From contig NC_027217.1 of NCBI RefSeq assembly GCF_000981445.1, forward strand, positions 1,550,001 to 1,614,000: DNA of 64,000 bases. The letters are read 5' to 3'. Both the position numbers and the translations under genes were made by a program. Position 1 is the first letter of the stretch. Every line of letters starts with the position of its first letter. Below the pieces are notes generated by a model. The model had not been told where the DNA came from. It saw only the letters and a program-made list of their open reading frames with translations, and did no database searches. Positions 1 to 10,111 of the stretch are shown in pieces. This DNA is from Babesia bigemina. Taxonomy: Eukaryota.

Positions 1-2447
1 TGGACCTGTAGAAACGTTGCGCAAGACGCCGCCACTTGAATGCCGCTGCGTCACTATCAAAGGCATCGTCCTGTCTACCATACATATCGAGAACTACTAC
101 TCCAAGTAATGAGTAGATAAAACTCGGTAACTCGTTTGGCAATTAGCCACTTAAATTGTAATAGTTCATGTTGTTCGATCTGCTGATTTGTGTCTCCAGT
201 GGTTGCATAGTTCTTGCTTAGAGTGTAGTAGTTGCCGGTGCTGCGTTCGCATCGTATTTTAGTGTTGTAATAGATTTTTGTAGTTTTGTGTTAGCGATAC
301 CATGTCGTGCCAGTAATGGGATTTGATACTACATCTCACAAGGCAAATAGCGTATGTCTGGCATACTTCGGGAAGGTGCAAGGTTTTGCGTTGGTGATCT
401 CATAACAACCTAAAAATCAGCCTATGAACCAAATACTCAACGAGAGATGTATTGCGGCAATGATCATTGTCCCACAGTAACTCCACCAATTTAATCAACC
501 AACTACCGTGTGAGCACTTGGCCACCCTACATGATTAGAGAACAATGAAACCAAAAAGCAGTTCATTTGCTCACTGCGTGTTCACATCACTTCACATCAT
601 AACTATTCATAAGGCTGAAGCGACTTATATTGGTAATTACTAAATCACAGTTATCCGTGCCCGCCCTACGCAGCGGCAGCCTACGGCTTGCTGGGATGGA
701 TGTGGTGAAAGCAGATTGTGATTCACAATCAGGTATGAAGTGCCAGAAACATGATGAATCTTTGAGATATGTTGTCGGTATGAGATGGCTAGGAAACACT
801 TTCGGTAACCCTCAGCTCAATAAGGAATCAGGGCCAATCACGCTTGAGATACATAGAGTTGCACTCGATTACGTAGTATTGCGAGAACCGCACAAACACA
901 TGGCAAATCAATCGTAGAGCTGCAATTACATGCGCCATTTGAGAGATATTAGCAGGACACCGGATTGGTAGGTAGCCAAGGCGGTGAGCGGACGATGCCC
1001 ATATCGGTTGGGGGACGGGTGACCTTAATACGGAAGACACGGTTGTCGAGCTTCTCAGATTCTACGCAACCACCACGGTGACAACGAGTCACATAGCAGG
1101 AACACACGCACCACCTCACGTCATCTGCTCCTTTTGCGTAGCGAAATGTGTCAAGGGTAGCAAAATCGGGTGATCATGATGGCGCATGTCACTATTGAGA
1201 GTCTATCGCTTGTAGTGAAACTGGCAATGTGTTTGGTGATGGATGTCGGGATGGTAGCATAACTCTGAAGGGTGAATGATTTGGGGCGGAGCAATGCATG
1301 GTCAGGGGAGGCATGATTGACTTTTGGAAATCTAATAGACTTAACCGCCGTCTATGCATACGCCTCAATAGCCTCTAGTACTTCCGAGATGTGCCGTGCT
1401 TGTAGACTCAAATGCATCCAAGTTTCCAAGAGGAAGTGAAAGGCATGACAATCAGGGCCGCAGCAGGACGCAATCCCGTATTGCAAGAGGGGAGAAGGGT
1501 TTAAATAGGTATAGTAATAAACATACATTCTGCGCTCCCCCAACATGTGGGAATCCACGACTAACGTTCCTATAATACAAAAGGATGGCGCCTCTCAAGG
1601 CGCTGCTCTAACCCCGCTTCCAAGTGTTTCATTGCCAGAGCCGAAATTATCTGGCAATAACGGCCTCTCTAAGGCTTAGAGCTGAATGTATATGCGCCTC
1701 CTACTACCGCTACTCCACCGTATTCCCAAAACATACAACCCGGTACAGGCGCAGGACATGGTCCACTTGGCAGTGAAGACTCAGGAGAGCCCGGGGAGTT
1801 CATAAGCGGGACCTTGTGCATCACTTGACGCATTACTAAAAACATGGGTCCCACAAAGGTCGCAGTGGCGTGGTTTCGTGCTACACATGATGGCGGTGCC
1901 ATTGTAAACTTCTAGTATCTGCCGCGGTATCGAAGAATCGCATCGTTAAATGTGGAGAAATATGCTGTCAGATAAACCAAGTTGTTTCATTTGCGGCAAT
2001 ATAACGACTTTGGAGCGTAACTGACCGGCGCCCCTTTAGCAGTGGCCCAATTAGGTGCATATCGAAGGACGTGTCGCGAACCCGTGACGCTTCGGTGAAG
2101 GCGAAACAATACAACACAACGTCTTATACCATACGCATTAACTTCGAATATAAGACAATAACTATATCAACGGTGTGGATCTCTGCGAGATTCTCTGTGC
2201 CTTCCTGCACGTTACACAACGTCGTCGCAATAGTTCCCTTCTTTCAGCTCAAAACGGACGCAACAAGCTGTAAGTTAATTTTTTATGTCGCAAATCCTCA
2301 TATTATACACAAGATTTCGGAATGGTTGACCTTCAAACTGTGTGTTGGTTGTCACCGGTGGAAGGCTAGCGCCCAATAGCTTCACGGATAAACATGGGCT
2401 AGGAAGCACTGTAATTGCCACCTGGATTTATTAATATTTTAATAACA

Positions 2448-5400
2448 ATGAAGTGGCGCATATCGGTCCTTCTTCTGCTCCTTAGAGCGATCCATGTTTC
2501 TGCCGAGATATCGGCGCCGGCTGCTCCGTCACACACGGAAGATAAGCCAAAGATCGAGCCTTTTATCGCCCCGAAACTTGTGGACGATACCACTCCGCCC
2601 ACCAAAAAGCCGAGCACTCCAGGCCGTAAGCCCGCTGCCTCAAACGGTAATCCAACACCGTCGGATCCACGAGAGAAAGGGGAGATTAAACCTTCCAAGG
2701 TTCTACCCCTTGTTGACGACACCACTCCACCCACGAAAAAGCCGAGCACTCCAGGCCGTAAGCCCGCTGCCTCAAACGGTAATCCAATACAGACAGATCC
2801 ACGAAAGAAAGGGGAAATTGAACCTTCCCGTGTTCCGCGTCTTATCGATGACACTATTCCGCCCAGCAAAAAGCCAAGCAGTACTGGTCATAAGCCTGTT
2901 GCCTCCAACGGCAATCCAACACCGTCGGTTCCAAGAGAGAAAGGGGAGATTCACTTTTCCCGTGTCTTCCCCGCTGTTGACGATACTACTCCGCCCACGA
3001 AAAAGTCAACCAATTCGGGCAAGATAGTTACGGTGTCAGACTTTAATCCAGGACCGGCAGATCCAAGAGAGAAAGGGGAGATTACACCTTTCCCTGTTCC
3101 ACATCTTATCGATGACTCTACTCCGCCTACCAAAAAGCCGAGCATTCCAGGCCCTAAGCCTGTTGCTTCAAACGCTGACCCAACACCGACGGATCCTAAA
3201 GGAAAGTTTGAAATTGTACATTCCGAGGTTCTACCCCTTTCCGATGATACGGATCCACCAAAGGAAGAGATATCTACGGATGATGCAACTGACAATGCAC
3301 CTGCTGATGCGCCGTCTCCGTCAGAGCATCGAGAGAAAGGAGAGGGTCGAACCTCCCACGTTCTACCCCTTGTTGACGATACCACTGCAGCCAAAAAGCC
3401 AAGCAGTCCAGGCCGTAACTCCCCTGCGCCAAATGGTGGTTCTGAACCTTCGGATGCAAAAGAAAAAGTTGAAATTGAGCGTATCCATGTTCCGCGGCTT
3501 GTCGACGATACGGACCCTCCAAAAGAAGAGTTGACGGCCAATGGTGATGCCGTTGATACCGCAGGCAATGGTGACCCAACACCGGAAGATCCTGAAGGAA
3601 AGGTGGAAATTAGGCGTATAGTTGTTCCGCATCTTATAGATGATGCTACTCCTCCCACTGTGGAACAAAGCATTCATGGAAAAAACCATGATGTTTCAAA
3701 CGGCAATTCAGCACCGACGGATCCAAGAAAGAAAGCGGAAATTAAGAAAATCGACGTCCTCCCTCTTTCCGATGATACGGATCCACCAAAGGAAGAGATA
3801 TCTACCGAGGATGGCGAAACTGATAATGCAACTGCTGACGCCCCGTCGCCGACGGATCCGAAGAAAAAAGGGGAGTTTCGACGTTCCGGTGTGTTACCTC
3901 TTATCGACGATACCACTCCGCCTATTAAAAAACCAGGCAGTACTGGCCGTAAGCCTGTTGCCTCCAACGACAATCCAACACCGACGGATCCAGGAGAGAA
4001 AAGGAGGATTACGCATAAGAGGGTCCTCCCTCTTTCTGACGATACAGATCCACCAAAGGCAGAATTATCTATCGATGATAGTGTAACTGACAATGCAACT
4101 GCTGATGCCACGTCGTCGACGGATCCGCAAGGAAAGGTGGAAATTGAGCATTTCCATGTTCCGAAACTTATTGACGACACCACTCCGCCCACGAAAAAGC
4201 CGAGCACTGCAGGGCGTACGCCCGTTGCGTCAAACGGTGAACCAACACCGTCGGATCCTAAAGGAAAGGTGGAAATCAGGCACTTCGAGGTTCAACCCCT
4301 TATCGATGACACTACTCCACCGAAGAAGCCAAGCAGTGGTGGCCATAAGCCTACTGTATCAAATGGTAATCCAACACCATCAGACCCAAGAGAGAAAGGG
4401 GAGATTAAACCTTCCATCGTCCCAAAACTTGTGGACGATACCACTCCGCCCACCAAAAAGCCAAGCAGTACTGGCCGTAAGTCTGTTGCCTTCAATGGTA
4501 ATCCAACACCGACGGGTCCGAAAGAAAAAGCGGAAATTAGACACGTAGATGTCCTCCCACTTTCCGATGATACGGATCCACCAAAGGCAGAATTATCTAT
4601 CGATGATGGTGTAACTGATAGCGCAGCTAATGGTAATTCAACACCGTCGGATCCGAAGAGAAAACCGCAGATTATACATTCTGATGTGTTACCTCTTATC
4701 GATGATACCACTCCATCGAAGAAGCCAAGCAGTGGTGGCCATAAGCCTACTGTATCAAATGGTAATCCAACACCGACGGATCCAAGAAAGAAAGCGGAAA
4801 TTAAGCAAATCGACGTCCCCCATCTTTTCGACGATACTGATCCCCCAAAAGATGAATTATCTACCGATGATGGTGTAACTGACAATGCAACTGCTGATGC
4901 CACGTCGCCGACGGACCCGAAAGAGAAAGGGGAAATTACACCTTCACTTGTCCCGCGTCTTATCGATGACACTACTCCGTCGACCAAGAAGCCGAGCACT
5001 CCAGGCCGTAAGCCCGCTGCCTGCAACGGTAATCCGACACCGTCAGACCCAAGAGAGAAAGGGGAGATTAAACCTTCCATCGTCCCAAAACTTGTGGACG
5101 ATACCACTCCGCCCACCAAGAAGCCGAGCACTCCAGGCCGTAAGCCCGCTGCCTGCAACGGTAATCCGACACCGTCAGACCCAAGAGAGAAAGGGGAGAT
5201 TAAACCTTCCATCGTCCCAAAACTTGTGGACGATACCACTCCGCCCACCAAAAAGCCGAGCACTCCAGGCCGTAAGCCCGCTGCGTCAAACGGTGAACCG
5301 ACACCGGCCGATCCACGAGAGAAAGGAAAGGTAGAGCATTTTAGCGTCCTCCCTCTTTCTGACGATACGAAGTTTCCAAAAAATGAGCCGTTTGCCGATG

Positions 5401-7280
5401 CTGTTGCACCTAATAGCGACATAGCTCCTTCTGATCCGAAAGACAAGGCGGAAATTGAACACATCCATGACCTCCCACTTTCCGATGATACGGATCCTCC
5501 AAAAGAAGAATTATCTACAGATGATGATGCAACTGCCGATACCCCATCGCCGTCAGCGCATCGAGAGAAAGGGGAGTTTACACCTTCCGATGTGTTACCT
5601 CTTATTGACGATACCACTCCACCCAAAAAGCCAAGCAGTCCATGCGGTAAGCCTGTTGCCTCCAACGGTGACCCAACACCGGCGGACCCGAAGGAGAAAG
5701 AGGAGATTGTACCCTCCCGTGTTCCACATCTTATCGATGATACCACTCCACCGAAGAAGCCAAGCAGTGGTGGCCATAAGCCTACTGTATCAAATGGTAA
5801 TCCAACACCGACGGATCCAAGAAAGAAAGCGGAAATTGAGCAAATCGACGTCCTCCCTCTTTCTGACGATACAGATCCACCAAAGGAAGAATTATCTATC
5901 GATGATGGTGTAACTGATAGCGCAGCTAATGGTAATCCAACACCGTCGGATCCGAAGGAAAAAGGGGAGTTTACACCTTCCGGTGTGTTACCTCTTATTG
6001 ACGATAGCACTCCGCCTACTAAAAAACCAGGCAGTGCTGGTCATAAGCCTGCTGCCTCAAACAGTAATCCAACACCGACGGATCCAAGAAAGAAAGGGGA
6101 GATTAAACCTTCCGGAGTTCAGCCCCTTATTGACGATGCCACTCCGCCCACGAAAAAACCAACTAATTCGGGCAAGATAGTTACGTTGTCGAACGTCAAT
6201 ACAGGACCGGCAGATCCAAGAGAAAATGTGGAAATTGAACATTTCCATGTTCCGCCCCTTATTGACGATACCACTCCGCCCACGAATAAAACGAGCACTC
6301 CAGGTCGTAAGCCCGCTGCGTCAAACGGTGATCGCACGCCGGCCGATCCACGAGAGAAAGGGGAAATTGAACCGTCCATTGTTCCGCATCTTATCGATGA
6401 CACAACTCCGCCTACTAGAAAACCAGGCAATGCTGGTCATAAGCCTGCTGCCTCAAACAGTAATCCAACACCGACGTATCCGAAAGAAAAAGCGGAAATT
6501 ATACACATAGATGTCCACCGTCTTTCCGACGATACGGATCCTCCAATGGAAGAGTTATCTACCGGTGATGATGCAACTGACAATGCAACTGCTGATGCCC
6601 CGTCGCCGACGGATCCGAAGGAAAAAGGGGAGTTTATACATTCCCGCGTTCTACCCCTTATCGACGATACCACTCCGCCTACTAAAAAACCAACTAATTC
6701 GGGCAAGATAGTTACGTTGTCGGACGTCAATCCAGGACCGGCAGATCCAAGAGAGAAAGGGGAGATTAAGCATTTCCGCGTTCTACCCCTTATTGACGAT
6801 ACCACTCCGCCTACGAAAAAGCCAAGCAGTCCATGCCGTAAGCCCGCTGCCTCCAACGGTGACCCAACACCGGCGGACCCGAAAGAGAAAAGGGAAATTA
6901 CACCTTCCCCTGTTCCGCGTCTTATTGATGACACCACTCCGCCCACGAAAAAGCCGAGCACTGCAGGCCGTAAGCCCGCCGCGTCAAACGGTGACCCAAC
7001 ACCGGCGGACCCGAAAGAGAAAGGGGAGATTGAACCTTCCGGTGTGTTACCTCTTATTGACGATACCACTCCGCCCACCAAAAAGCCAAGCAGTACTGGC
7101 CATAAGCCTGTTGCCTCCAACGGCAATCCAACACCGGCCGATCCACGAGAGAAAGGGGAAATTAAACCTTCCCGTGTCTTCCCCGCTGTTGACGATACTA
7201 CTCCGCCCACCAAAAAGCCAAGCAGTTCTTGCAGAAATAAGACTGCAATTCGTCGGAGAATACGTTGCAGAGCAGACTGA
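2448..7280 (+). CDS. Secreted Pro/Thr/Asp-rich tandem-repeat protein (~1610 aa), probable surface or exported antigen
   Basis: Uninterrupted ORF from ATG 2448. MKWRISVLLLLLRAIHVSA looks like a signal peptide. The rest is almost entirely ~44-aa repeats. No TM or GPI signal at the visible C-terminus. Confidence 0.85.
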   Translation: MKWRISVLLLLLRAIHVSAEISAPAAPSHTEDKPKIEPFIAPKLVDDTTPPTKKPSTPGRKPAASNGNPTPSDPREKGEIKPSKVLPLVDDTTPPTKKPSTPGRKPAASNGNPIQTDPRKKGEIEPSRVPRLIDDTIPPSKKPSSTGHKPVASNGNPTPSVPREKGEIHFSRVFPAVDDTTPPTKKSTNSGKIVTVSDFNPGPADPREKGEITPFPVPHLIDDSTPPTKKPSIPGPKPVASNADPTPTDPKGKFEIVHSEVLPLSDDTDPPKEEISTDDATDNAPADAPSPSEHREKGEGRTSHVLPLVDDTTAAKKPSSPGRNSPAPNGGSEPSDAKEKVEIERIHVPRLVDDTDPPKEELTANGDAVDTAGNGDPTPEDPEGKVEIRRIVVPHLIDDATPPTVEQSIHGKNHDVSNGNSAPTDPRKKAEIKKIDVLPLSDDTDPPKEEISTEDGETDNATADAPSPTDPKKKGEFRRSGVLPLIDDTTPPIKKPGSTGRKPVASNDNPTPTDPGEKRRITHKRVLPLSDDTDPPKAELSIDDSVTDNATADATSSTDPQGKVEIEHFHVPKLIDDTTPPTKKPSTAGRTPVASNGEPTPSDPKGKVEIRHFEVQPLIDDTTPPKKPSSGGHKPTVSNGNPTPSDPREKGEIKPSIVPKLVDDTTPPTKKPSSTGRKSVAFNGNPTPTGPKEKAEIRHVDVLPLSDDTDPPKAELSIDDGVTDSAANGNSTPSDPKRKPQIIHSDVLPLIDDTTPSKKPSSGGHKPTVSNGNPTPTDPRKKAEIKQIDVPHLFDDTDPPKDELSTDDGVTDNATADATSPTDPKEKGEITPSLVPRLIDDTTPSTKKPSTPGRKPAACNGNPTPSDPREKGEIKPSIVPKLVDDTTPPTKKPSTPGRKPAACNGNPTPSDPREKGEIKPSIVPKLVDDTTPPTKKPSTPGRKPAASNGEPTPADPREKGKVEHFSVLPLSDDTKFPKNEPFADAVAPNSDIAPSDPKDKAEIEHIHDLPLSDDTDPPKEELSTDDDATADTPSPSAHREKGEFTPSDVLPLIDDTTPPKKPSSPCGKPVASNGDPTPADPKEKEEIVPSRVPHLIDDTTPPKKPSSGGHKPTVSNGNPTPTDPRKKAEIEQIDVLPLSDDTDPPKEELSIDDGVTDSAANGNPTPSDPKEKGEFTPSGVLPLIDDSTPPTKKPGSAGHKPAASNSNPTPTDPRKKGEIKPSGVQPLIDDATPPTKKPTNSGKIVTLSNVNTGPADPRENVEIEHFHVPPLIDDTTPPTNKTSTPGRKPAASNGDRTPADPREKGEIEPSIVPHLIDDTTPPTRKPGNAGHKPAASNSNPTPTYPKEKAEIIHIDVHRLSDDTDPPMEELSTGDDATDNATADAPSPTDPKEKGEFIHSRVLPLIDDTTPPTKKPTNSGKIVTLSDVNPGPADPREKGEIKHFRVLPLIDDTTPPTKKPSSPCRKPAASNGDPTPADPKEKREITPSPVPRLIDDTTPPTKKPSTAGRKPAASNGDPTPADPKEKGEIEPSGVLPLIDDTTPPTKKPSSTGHKPVASNGNPTPADPREKGEIKPSRVFPAVDDTTPPTKKPSSSCRNKTAIRRRIRCRAD
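2545..7225 (+). repeat. Coding tandem array of 36 imperfect ~132-bp units
   Basis: I counted 36 [LA][IVSF]DD[TSA] cores. About 26 are basic units (DDTTPPTKKP...) and about 10 are acidic units (DDTDPPKEELST...). Units at 4983 and 5115 are an exact 132-bp tandem pair. Confidence 0.95.
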
Positions 7281-7477
7281 AATTCCACAACGCTGAGACT
7301 ACTAAGAAAGGTTGTATTGAAATGATCTAATGTTAGGTTAGTAAGTAGAGATCTGCAGCATTCTGGAATAAGAAGCCTGCTAACGTAGGGAACCCCAATA
7401 CCGCTTTTGCCGCTGACTACCGATTAACGACTGTATTATCGCCGAAAAGGCATCGCGGCACTTCTTAGCGTCGCCCC

Positions 7478-7988
7478 ACCTATCTCAGTTGTACAGTATA
7501 TTTATCCGACAGGCTGCATGACTCACTCGATAGATTGCGTTATGACTTAGAAGGGCACGTTAGTAACAAGTGCCCGGCACTCGACTCATGACCAGATGCC
7601 CTGCCCCTCCTATACTCTTACGGGTTCGCGCCGCCGGAGGGCACACCGCAGACATCACTCACGTGTTCAGAGATCATCACAAAGCTGAAGGAGATTGTCA
7701 ACGGCAAAACTATCGCATCACTCAATACCGCCATGGACGAATTCCTTTACAGGATTCGGATGCCTTTCATCTACAACCTCATCTCACTGGTCGATCGCAG
7801 TGCTCCTCGTCTCGTACACCGTACTCTACCGCAGGGACATCTTCTGCACCCGCTCCCATATCCTGCACACCGAGGCTTCACAGCGCATTGATGACAAGGC
7901 CTCACTCACTAAAGACCGGAAGATGATCTCACTTTAGAAAGACGTCGGCTACTTTGAGGAGTCTGATGGGTCACTTGACACCACATAA
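7478..7988 (+). pseudogene. ves: ves/VESA1-like (variant erythrocyte surface antigen) C-terminal fragment, disrupted
   Basis: Hand translation gives TYLSCTVYLSDRLHDSLDRLRYDL...PDALPLLYSYGFAPPEG...MDEFLYRIRMPFIY / WSIAVLLVSYTVLYRRDIFCTRSHIL...IDDKASLTKDRKMISL*KDVGYFEE. This matches the Babesia VESA-like C-terminus as I recall it (YLSWAVYLPDRL, LYRLDVLHIRSHL, KGRKMLSLYKDVDYF). In-frame TGA 7589-7591, frameshift ~7788, TAG 7935-7937. Confidence 0.8.
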
Positions 7989-9235
7989 TAATTATCTTAT
8001 AAACAATGTATCTGTTGCCTTGCCGTAGTTTGTGATAATGCATGTCAGATACGCATGAGAGTCACAGTGGCGTCTAACTACATTTGCTAAATATTTGCAC
8101 AAATAGCTAAGAGGCACCTGCGTGACGACCAAGTCGTGTGTTAATTATGATATTTGCATCCACTCATAGCCCATTGAGCAGGTGTTTGGTCAGCCATCAC
8201 GTTTTCCATCCGTGAATACGCATTTTGCCGATGATATAAACACCGCCACCAATGACGAATAATTGCATGTCACGAGACTGATCACCTGGGATGCGAACTA
8301 GGGGGCAGACACAGAGCCATTCGATAAGGTGGCGGAGGGTATATGCATAATGGCCGAGCTGATTGTTGATATGGTAATAACAGATAAAAACCTAGTGACG
8401 GCCGTGCAACCCTGCACCATAAGCGTGAGCATCTGCTACCTACGGTATCGGGGGGCCGGCCGGCAGCTGCAACCTTAATAAGCTGACTTGAAGGCTCTCT
8501 CTCAGAAAGCCACCTATCACGGCCGGCATTATAAAGCTATAAATGCTTCAATTGCAACTGAGGAGGTGGAAAAAATAACCCAGCATAACTTCGCAAAAAT
8601 GGAGAAATTCCTGAAGCGTTGACTATCTGGTTACGGATACGGAGGGGATATAGTATATCCGACAGACAAGGTTCGCAGTAGTGCTGTATTTTATGACGCG
8701 GAAAAAAAGATGAGAACGTTGCGTACCTGCTGCAGGACCGATTGGGAAAGATCCACATTTTTGCGATGGCCAAGATGGTGAATAGGGCATCAAGACACGC
8801 ACTCATTGGCGTCTCAGTTAGTTGAAAAAGTCCATGTTGCGGAAACTGTACGCGTATCTGAGCGCCAGCCGAATCTTGGTGCGCGAGGTGCGCCTCCGGA
8901 GTGCGGACCCTGTGCGGGCACCCAAAGACACCGATCCACAGGTAACCGATTACTACGCACTTACCCAACAGAAATACGGTCAATATCCTCACTTATTAAG
9001 CATATACATCGCAACTTGAAACGCGCGTGTCCGCCGCGTACACAAGTGTGACTCAGAAGTACACATGAGGCGTAATCCTGCGCTTGTGGTGGTCCGTCTC
9101 GAATCTGTCTAACCCTACGCAGTCTCTGCACTTGTCATCATACATTGTCACTCAACACTTTATACATCTTTAAAGTCGACAAAGTCGTTAAGCATAAGAC
9201 GCCGAACTTTTACATACTCGTATATATCAATCACA

Positions 9236-9787
9236 ATGAACGCATTTAAGAAGGTTGTTCTCCTCTTGGTAGGATTTGCCACCGTCAACTTCGCAAGTGT
9301 CTGCGTAGCCCAAGCCAAGTTGGACGACTCCACACCCGAAGAGTGGGTTAAGGCCATCGACAGCGCGGATGATCACCTGAAGGCCGAAGTTAGTAAGCTG
9401 AAGGCGGAGGACGCCTACACTAAGGATGTTGGCCTTAGCGCCAGCAAGGGCAAGATTGATAGTTTCGAAAGTGCCGTGAAGTTGTTCAGTGCAGCCAGAG
9501 TGAAGGTTGACGCTGCTAAAAAAGCCTTGGATCTTAAGGGCAAGACCGACAACACGGCGGAGGTCGCAGCCGTCATCAGAGAGTCCAACGAGTCGATTGC
9601 TTTATACTTTGCGGCACTTAAGGCTCACATTGACGCAATCTACGACATTTCTAAGTACAAAGCTACTGTAGTTGGCAAGGTCGCATTGCTGAAGTACGTA
9701 AGTGAGTACGACAAGAAGATTGTCTCCGGTTTCGCCGCTGTGGTATCAACGGTAGCCCTTTTTGCCACCGCCTTGGCCACGTTTTAA
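9236..9787 (+). CDS. Putative GPI-anchored surface protein (183 aa, helical)
   Basis: N-terminal signal peptide, Ala/Lys-rich amphipathic helices, and a C-terminal SGF plus hydrophobic tail (SGFAAVVSTVALFATALATF) typical of piroplasm GPI signals. Confidence 0.8.
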   Translation: MNAFKKVVLLLVGFATVNFASVCVAQAKLDDSTPEEWVKAIDSADDHLKAEVSKLKAEDAYTKDVGLSASKGKIDSFESAVKLFSAARVKVDAAKKALDLKGKTDNTAEVAAVIRESNESIALYFAALKAHIDAIYDISKYKATVVGKVALLKYVSEYDKKIVSGFAAVVSTVALFATALATF

Positions 9788-10111
9788 AGCAGTCCGAGAT
9801 CCATGTAGTAGTATATTAGGGTTTAATGTTATGGGAGGCGTCTGACTTCTCGAGCAAGCAAATCTCTCCGGTCAAGGAACGACATAAGCAATTGCTCTAT
9901 GGTGTCAGACCAGCCATCAAGCGTTACTGACTTTCGAATCTTCAATTTAATACATTAGCCCATTTTGCATAATGTATATGCGCGTTGATGCTTGCCTCGT
10001 AGTGCTCTTGATGGTGCCTCTTCTGACCACTCCAGTGGGCGGCTCAATCCACCCCTGCGTCGCAGGACTGCCGTCAAGGTGTCTTGGCATGGTCACGATC
10101 CGATTTTTACA

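Noticed and set aside
1631..1658. Inverted repeat ATTGCCAGA/TCTGGCAAT
   Set aside because: A single 9-bp stem with no supporting context. Expected by chance.
1..2400. Short ORFs on both strands, possibly decayed ves sequence
   Set aside because: No motif or consistent splice model could be confirmed by eye. It needs a translated search.
2545..7225. Repeat array as a CRISPR or mobile element
   Set aside because: In-frame coding repeats in a eukaryote, with no unique spacers, cas genes, terminal repeats or transposase.
2399..7296. Long antisense and shifted-frame ORFs (e.g. 572 aa at 4292-6010) over the repeat gene
   Set aside because: Shadows of a repeat that lacks stops in those frames. 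Only the + frame has a signal peptide and is continuous.
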